A DNA stretch of 64,000 nt from an uncultured Candidatus Binatia bacterium (GTDB taxonomy: Bacteria > Desulfobacterota > Binatia > UBA9968 > JAJDTQ01): positions 2,848,001 through 2,912,000 of the forward strand of contig OZ244070.1 in assembly GCA_965215605.1 (NCBI GenBank), given 5' to 3'. Shown piece after piece: positions 58,772 through 64,000 of the stretch. A program made the translations under genes and the position numbers. Positions within the stretch are counted from its first letter, which is position 1, and each line of letters opens with the position of its first letter. Under the pieces are notes generated by a model that was not told where the DNA came from, searched no databases, and saw nothing but the letters and a program-made list of their open reading frames with translations.

Positions 58772-58996
58772 ATGGCATCAAGTGAAGACCGCATCAAGCA
58801 GCTTTTTCAGGAACAGTTGGGTCGCCCCGCGAATCCTGCGGCCAGCGTCGCCGATTCGGGCGTGTCGTCCCTGGACGCGGTAGCTTTCATCAAAGCGGTG
58901 GGCGAGGAGTTCGGCGTTACGATTCCTCCCGAAGAAATCGCGAAGTTCACCACCTTCGGGGATCTGATCGCCTACGTCGATTCCCACTCCGGGTGA
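58772..58996 (+). CDS. Free-standing acyl carrier protein (SupB-like)
   Basis: GVSSLD phosphopantetheine motif, EEFGVTIP and T.GDLI.YV; AAGGAG RBS. Confidence 0.9.
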   Translation: MASSEDRIKQLFQEQLGRPANPAASVADSGVSSLDAVAFIKAVGEEFGVTIPPEEIAKFTTFGDLIAYVDSHSG

Positions 58997-59012
58997 GGCC
59001 GTTCGGGAAACC

Positions 59013-59909
59013 GTGTGGGAGGTACCCGAGCCGCTTTCCACCCGTGACGTCCGCGTGGACGATGACACCGTCATCGTCCTGCGGCGTCACGGCAACCCCG
59101 CCGGTCCGCGCCTGGTCCTGAGCCACGGCAACGGTCTGGCCATCGACCTCTACTACCCTTTCTGGTCGCTGTTGGCCGATGATTTCGACTTGGTCGTCTA
59201 TGACCTCAGAAATCACGGCTGGAATGCTGTCGGCAAGTCGCAGAGTCACAACGTTGCGAGATTCGTCAGTGACCACGACCGGATTCTCCGGGCCATCGAC
59301 CACCACTACGGAAACAAACCCAAGATCGGGGTGTTCCATTCCGTCGCCGCCTTGGCCACACTCCTGTCGGCCAACCTGGGCAGCGAGTTCGCGGCCCGCG
59401 TTCTGTTCGATCCGCCCGTGTGCAAGCGCGGGCTGAACTACGCGGAATTCGATGCCGCCGCCGACCGCGTGGCGGGCATGGCCCGCCACCGCACACCCCG
59501 GTTCGAGAGCGTGCAACAGTTTGCCGAGATCCTGCCCTATCTGCCGGTATATCAACGGGCCGTTCCCGGCGTGTTCGATCTCGTCGCGCGGACGACCCTC
59601 CGCGAGTCGGTGGACGGGAACGGATACGAGCTCCGGTGTCCGCGTGATTACGAGGCACAGATCATCCAATACGCCGCGCCGTTCGCGGTGATGGTGGAAC
59701 TCGACAAGCTCCGTTGCCCGACCAAGGTCATCGGCGCCGATCCCACTCTGCCGCTTTCCTACCTGCCGACGCTGGACCTGAGTCATATCCTGACCGTGGA
59801 CTACGATTTCGTGCCCGAAACGACGCATTTTCTGCAGCTCGAAGAACCGGAGAGTTGCGTCGAGATCATGCGTGAGTTCCTGGACCGGCATGGCCTCTTG
59901 AATTCCTGA
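59013..59909 (+). CDS. Alpha/beta hydrolase associated with the PKS
   Basis: LSHGNG, DLRNHG, FHSVA nucleophile elbow and THFLQLE. Confidence 0.85.
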   Translation: MWEVPEPLSTRDVRVDDDTVIVLRRHGNPAGPRLVLSHGNGLAIDLYYPFWSLLADDFDLVVYDLRNHGWNAVGKSQSHNVARFVSDHDRILRAIDHHYGNKPKIGVFHSVAALATLLSANLGSEFAARVLFDPPVCKRGLNYAEFDAAADRVAGMARHRTPRFESVQQFAEILPYLPVYQRAVPGVFDLVARTTLRESVDGNGYELRCPRDYEAQIIQYAAPFAVMVELDKLRCPTKVIGADPTLPLSYLPTLDLSHILTVDYDFVPETTHFLQLEEPESCVEIMREFLDRHGLLNS

Positions 59910-59938
59910 CGATTGCCCTGCATGTTTCACCCGTGGTG

Positions 59939-60538
<600 letters not shown>

Positions 60539-60583
60539 CGCGGAGGCGGCCGGAGCGCCGGAAGGGCAGGGGACGGCGGCGGG

Positions 60584-61705
60584 TCAGCCGAAGCGCGCGG
60601 GCGAGAAGTTGGGGTCCCCGTCCGCGCCGAACAGCACCCGGGCGGCCAGCGAGCCCACCGCGGCGCTGGTGGTGACGCCGTGCCCGCCGAGCCCGGCGAC
60701 CCAGAAGAAGCCCTCGATCCCGGGGTCCCAACCGATGACGAAGCGGTTGTCGTCCGTGAACGTCCGGAGCCCGGCCCAGTAGCGCCCGATGGGAACGTCG
60801 GGGAAGTCGGGGTAGGCCGCGGCAAGTCTCTCCGCCAGAAGCTCCAGGGCCTCGGGGCGGGTCGGAGGGTCGCCGGGCGCCACCTCGTCCTCGTCGCACG
60901 GGCACAGCATCAGTCCGCCGGAGCTCGGCTGGAAGTAGACCTCGTCGGAGACGTTGAGGACGAAGGGCCAGTCGGGCTTGACCCAGTCCAGCGGCGGGGT
61001 CACGAACAGGTGCCGCCGGCGCGGGTGAAGCGCGATGGGCACGGCGCCGGCCATGACGCCCACGGGTCCGGCCCAGGGTCCGGCCGCGTTGACCACCACG
61101 TCCGCCTCGACGAAACCCTGATCCGTGGCGACCCCCTGCACGCGCCCCTCGCCGGCCCGCACTTCCGTCACCGTCGCGCCGTAGCGAATCACCGCGCCGC
61201 CGCTCTGAGCCGTCTTGAGATAGCCCGACAAGAGCGCGGCGATGTCGATGACGCCGTCCGAAGCGCACCACACCGCCCCGTCCACGACGGCGCCCTCGAT
61301 GAGCGGCATGGTCGCCACGGTCTTCTCGGGAGACCAGCACTCCACCTTGAGGCCGCGCTCGCGCGCCAGCTCGGCGTCGCGGCACACGGCTTCCCACTGT
61401 TGGCCGCGTGCGACGATCAGGGAGCCGATGGTGTTGTAGGAAACCGGGACCGGCCAGCCCGGCGGGGGGTTGCGGATGAATTCGGCCGACCGCGCGGCCA
61501 AGTCCCCCACCGAGGGCTCGGACAGGACTTGGCGTATGAACCCCGCGTTCCGGCCGGAGGAGTGGAAGCCGGGCACCGCCTCCTGCTCCAGGATCACGAC
61601 TTGCCGGGCGCCCTGGAATGCCAAGTGACACGCCGTCGCGGCTCCCGCGAACCCGGCGCCTATGATGACGTACCGTGCATCCTCGGGCCGCGCGTGAGCG
61701 TCCAC
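60584..61705 (-). CDS. FAD-dependent oxidoreductase (DAO/sarcosine oxidase-like)
   Basis: IIGAGFAG, SGRNAG, NAAGPWA, WAGLRTFTDD and GLGGHG motifs. Confidence 0.9.
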   Translation of the reverse strand: MDAHARPEDARYVIIGAGFAGAATACHLAFQGARQVVILEQEAVPGFHSSGRNAGFIRQVLSEPSVGDLAARSAEFIRNPPPGWPVPVSYNTIGSLIVARGQQWEAVCRDAELARERGLKVECWSPEKTVATMPLIEGAVVDGAVWCASDGVIDIAALLSGYLKTAQSGGAVIRYGATVTEVRAGEGRVQGVATDQGFVEADVVVNAAGPWAGPVGVMAGAVPIALHPRRRHLFVTPPLDWVKPDWPFVLNVSDEVYFQPSSGGLMLCPCDEDEVAPGDPPTRPEALELLAERLAAAYPDFPDVPIGRYWAGLRTFTDDNRFVIGWDPGIEGFFWVAGLGGHGVTTSAAVGSLAARVLFGADGDPNFSPARFG

Positions 61706-61710
61706 CAACC

Positions 61711-62744
<1,034 letters not shown>

Positions 62745-62748
<4 letters not shown>

Positions 62749-63791
62749 GGCGTGTCCCGACCGGCGGCAGGGACCTTGAAATCCCGTACCACCTGACCGG
62801 ATCGGCCGGCTGGCGGAAGCTCCTCGCCGTTCAACGAGAGTCGAACCCCCCCGGCGTTGCCGAAGGTGATGACGAAGCCGGTTTGCGCCGCCAGTGTCCT
62901 GCTCTCGCCGGGCGCCAGCAGCATGTCTTTCGGCCGTTGGTCATCGACCCAGACCCGCAGCCACGCCTTCTGGTCGGCGGCGATGGTCAGGGTGTGGTTC
63001 CCCGAAACGTCGGCCTCGGGCGCGGCCGGCGTGGTTGCCGTGGCCGCCACGGGTGTTTCCGGTGTGCCGGAGCCGCCCGGAAGCGGTTGCCGGGCGGCGC
63101 CCGTTCCCGCCGTCGCCTCGGGGGGCGACAGAGGCGCCTGCGTACCGGCCGGGGGAGAAGCTTCCTCCGGCGACCCGGGGGCCGCGGCGGCGGTCACGGG
63201 AGCGGCGGGTTCTCCGGTCCCGGCCGGCGATTGGGCGTCGGGCGCCGCCAGCCGGGTTTCCGGGGGAGCGGTTTCGTCGGCTTCGGGCTGCAGCACCGAA
63301 CTGTTGGCGTCGTCCGGCGCGGGTTCCGTGACGGCGACATTGGGCGCCGGCGCAACGGCCTCTTCCGCCGGAGGGGCGGGATTGGCCGTCGATACGACCG
63401 CCGGCTGCTCCAAGGCGGACCGTTGGAAGTCGGTGAGCCCGGGTACCAGCAGGTAGACGCCCGCGCCGGCTGCCGCCAGGGCCGCGGCGCCGGCCAGGAC
63501 GATGGCGCCCCGCGAGCGACGGCGAGCGGGCGCCGGCGCCACGGCGGCTTCCACGCGGCGGTTCTCACGGACAAACTGCGCCGCAAGAGTCTCGACCTCC
63601 ACCTCAAGATAGGCGGCATAGCCGCGCAGAAAGTGGACCATGTAGAGACGATCGGAAACCAGACGATCATCGCCGCCGCCTTCGAGGATTTCGAGGTAGT
63701 AGCGCGGGATGCGCGTCGCCTCTTCCACCTGCCCCAGCGTAAGCCCCTTCTCTTCCCGCGCTTCACGGATGTAATCGCCAGTTGCGCTCAC
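62745..63791 (-). CDS. rodZ: RodZ-like cell-shape protein (HTH-TM-Pro/Ala linker-DUF4115)
   Basis: G..IREARE..GLTL..V...TRI...YL..LE, FLRGYA.YL, a TM helix, and C-terminal GNAGGV.L.LNG. Confidence 0.88.
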
Positions 63792-63868
63792 CGGTCCCGG
63801 AATCCCTTTCGTGGTTTGTGGTGAATGGATGTGCTTCCAGCCAGATATATAAAAGTTTTCCCATGGAG

Positions 63869-63895
63869 ACTAGTGTTACGTTCCGCAACACTAGT
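63869..63895 (-). terminator. Hairpin at the end of the upstream partial gene
   Basis: ACTAGTGTTGCG-GAA-CGTAACACTAGT, a 12-bp stem with one G-U pair and no U-tract. Confidence 0.4.
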
Positions 63896-63998
63896 TCGCG
63901 CCCTCGTATATGGGCGCACCCGGATAGAAAGCGGCGAAGCGTTCGTTCAGGATCGGGTTGTAGAGAAGCTGCCGGAGCTTCCGTCCCTTGAGCTCACC
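63891..63998 (-). CDS. Possible 3' end of a gene entering from beyond the window
   Basis: Open frame GELKGRKLRQLLYNPILNERFAAFYPGAPIYEGAN* with GC3-rich codons; too short to identify. Confidence 0.4.
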   Translation of the reverse strand, partial: GELKGRKLRQLLYNPILNERFAAFYPGAPIYEGAN

Positions 63999-64000
63999 CC

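Overview
High-GC bacterial chromosome segment, probably from a marine sponge symbiont (inferred from a Sup-type PKS). The left end (1-5.95 kb) is a lower-GC defence-island edge. It carries type I restriction-modification hsdM and hsdS, with a Fic gene between duplicated hsdM 3' ends. Divergent from these is a module of a putative DNA-binding protein, a DUF3800 protein, a putative RelE/barnase-like nuclease and a convergent ~75-nt structured RNA with its own promoter. Housekeeping and metabolic genes follow (argS, surE, two IMPase-family phosphatases, cyclophilin, panE, trpBA). Next is a carotenoid/photo-oxidative-stress region: TIGR01777 protein, ABC transporter whose permease is frameshifted by a 19-bp duplication, AttH/CrtC-like protein, YbgA, and crtI-crtB-crtU-crtY-Rieske. 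After that come a Mo/W operon (mobA-moaD fusion, AOR, NAD-linked formate dehydrogenase) and an unannotated promoter-structured leader-terminator-23-aa membrane peptide unit. The window ends with a lemA/TPM operon, a ~3440-aa SupA-like PKS with ACP and hydrolase, clpP, ltaE and rodZ. Several gene relics (MFS, HsdR, ATP-binding regulator, NCS2 permease) and dRS3-like palindromic repeats are present. I saw no rRNA, tRNA, CRISPR array or transposase. The best candidates for undescribed systems are the DUF3800-nuclease-antisense RNA module (3.9-5.9 kb) and the riboswitch-like leader plus micropeptide (45.0-45.3 kb). All family calls come from motif recognition by eye, not database searches.
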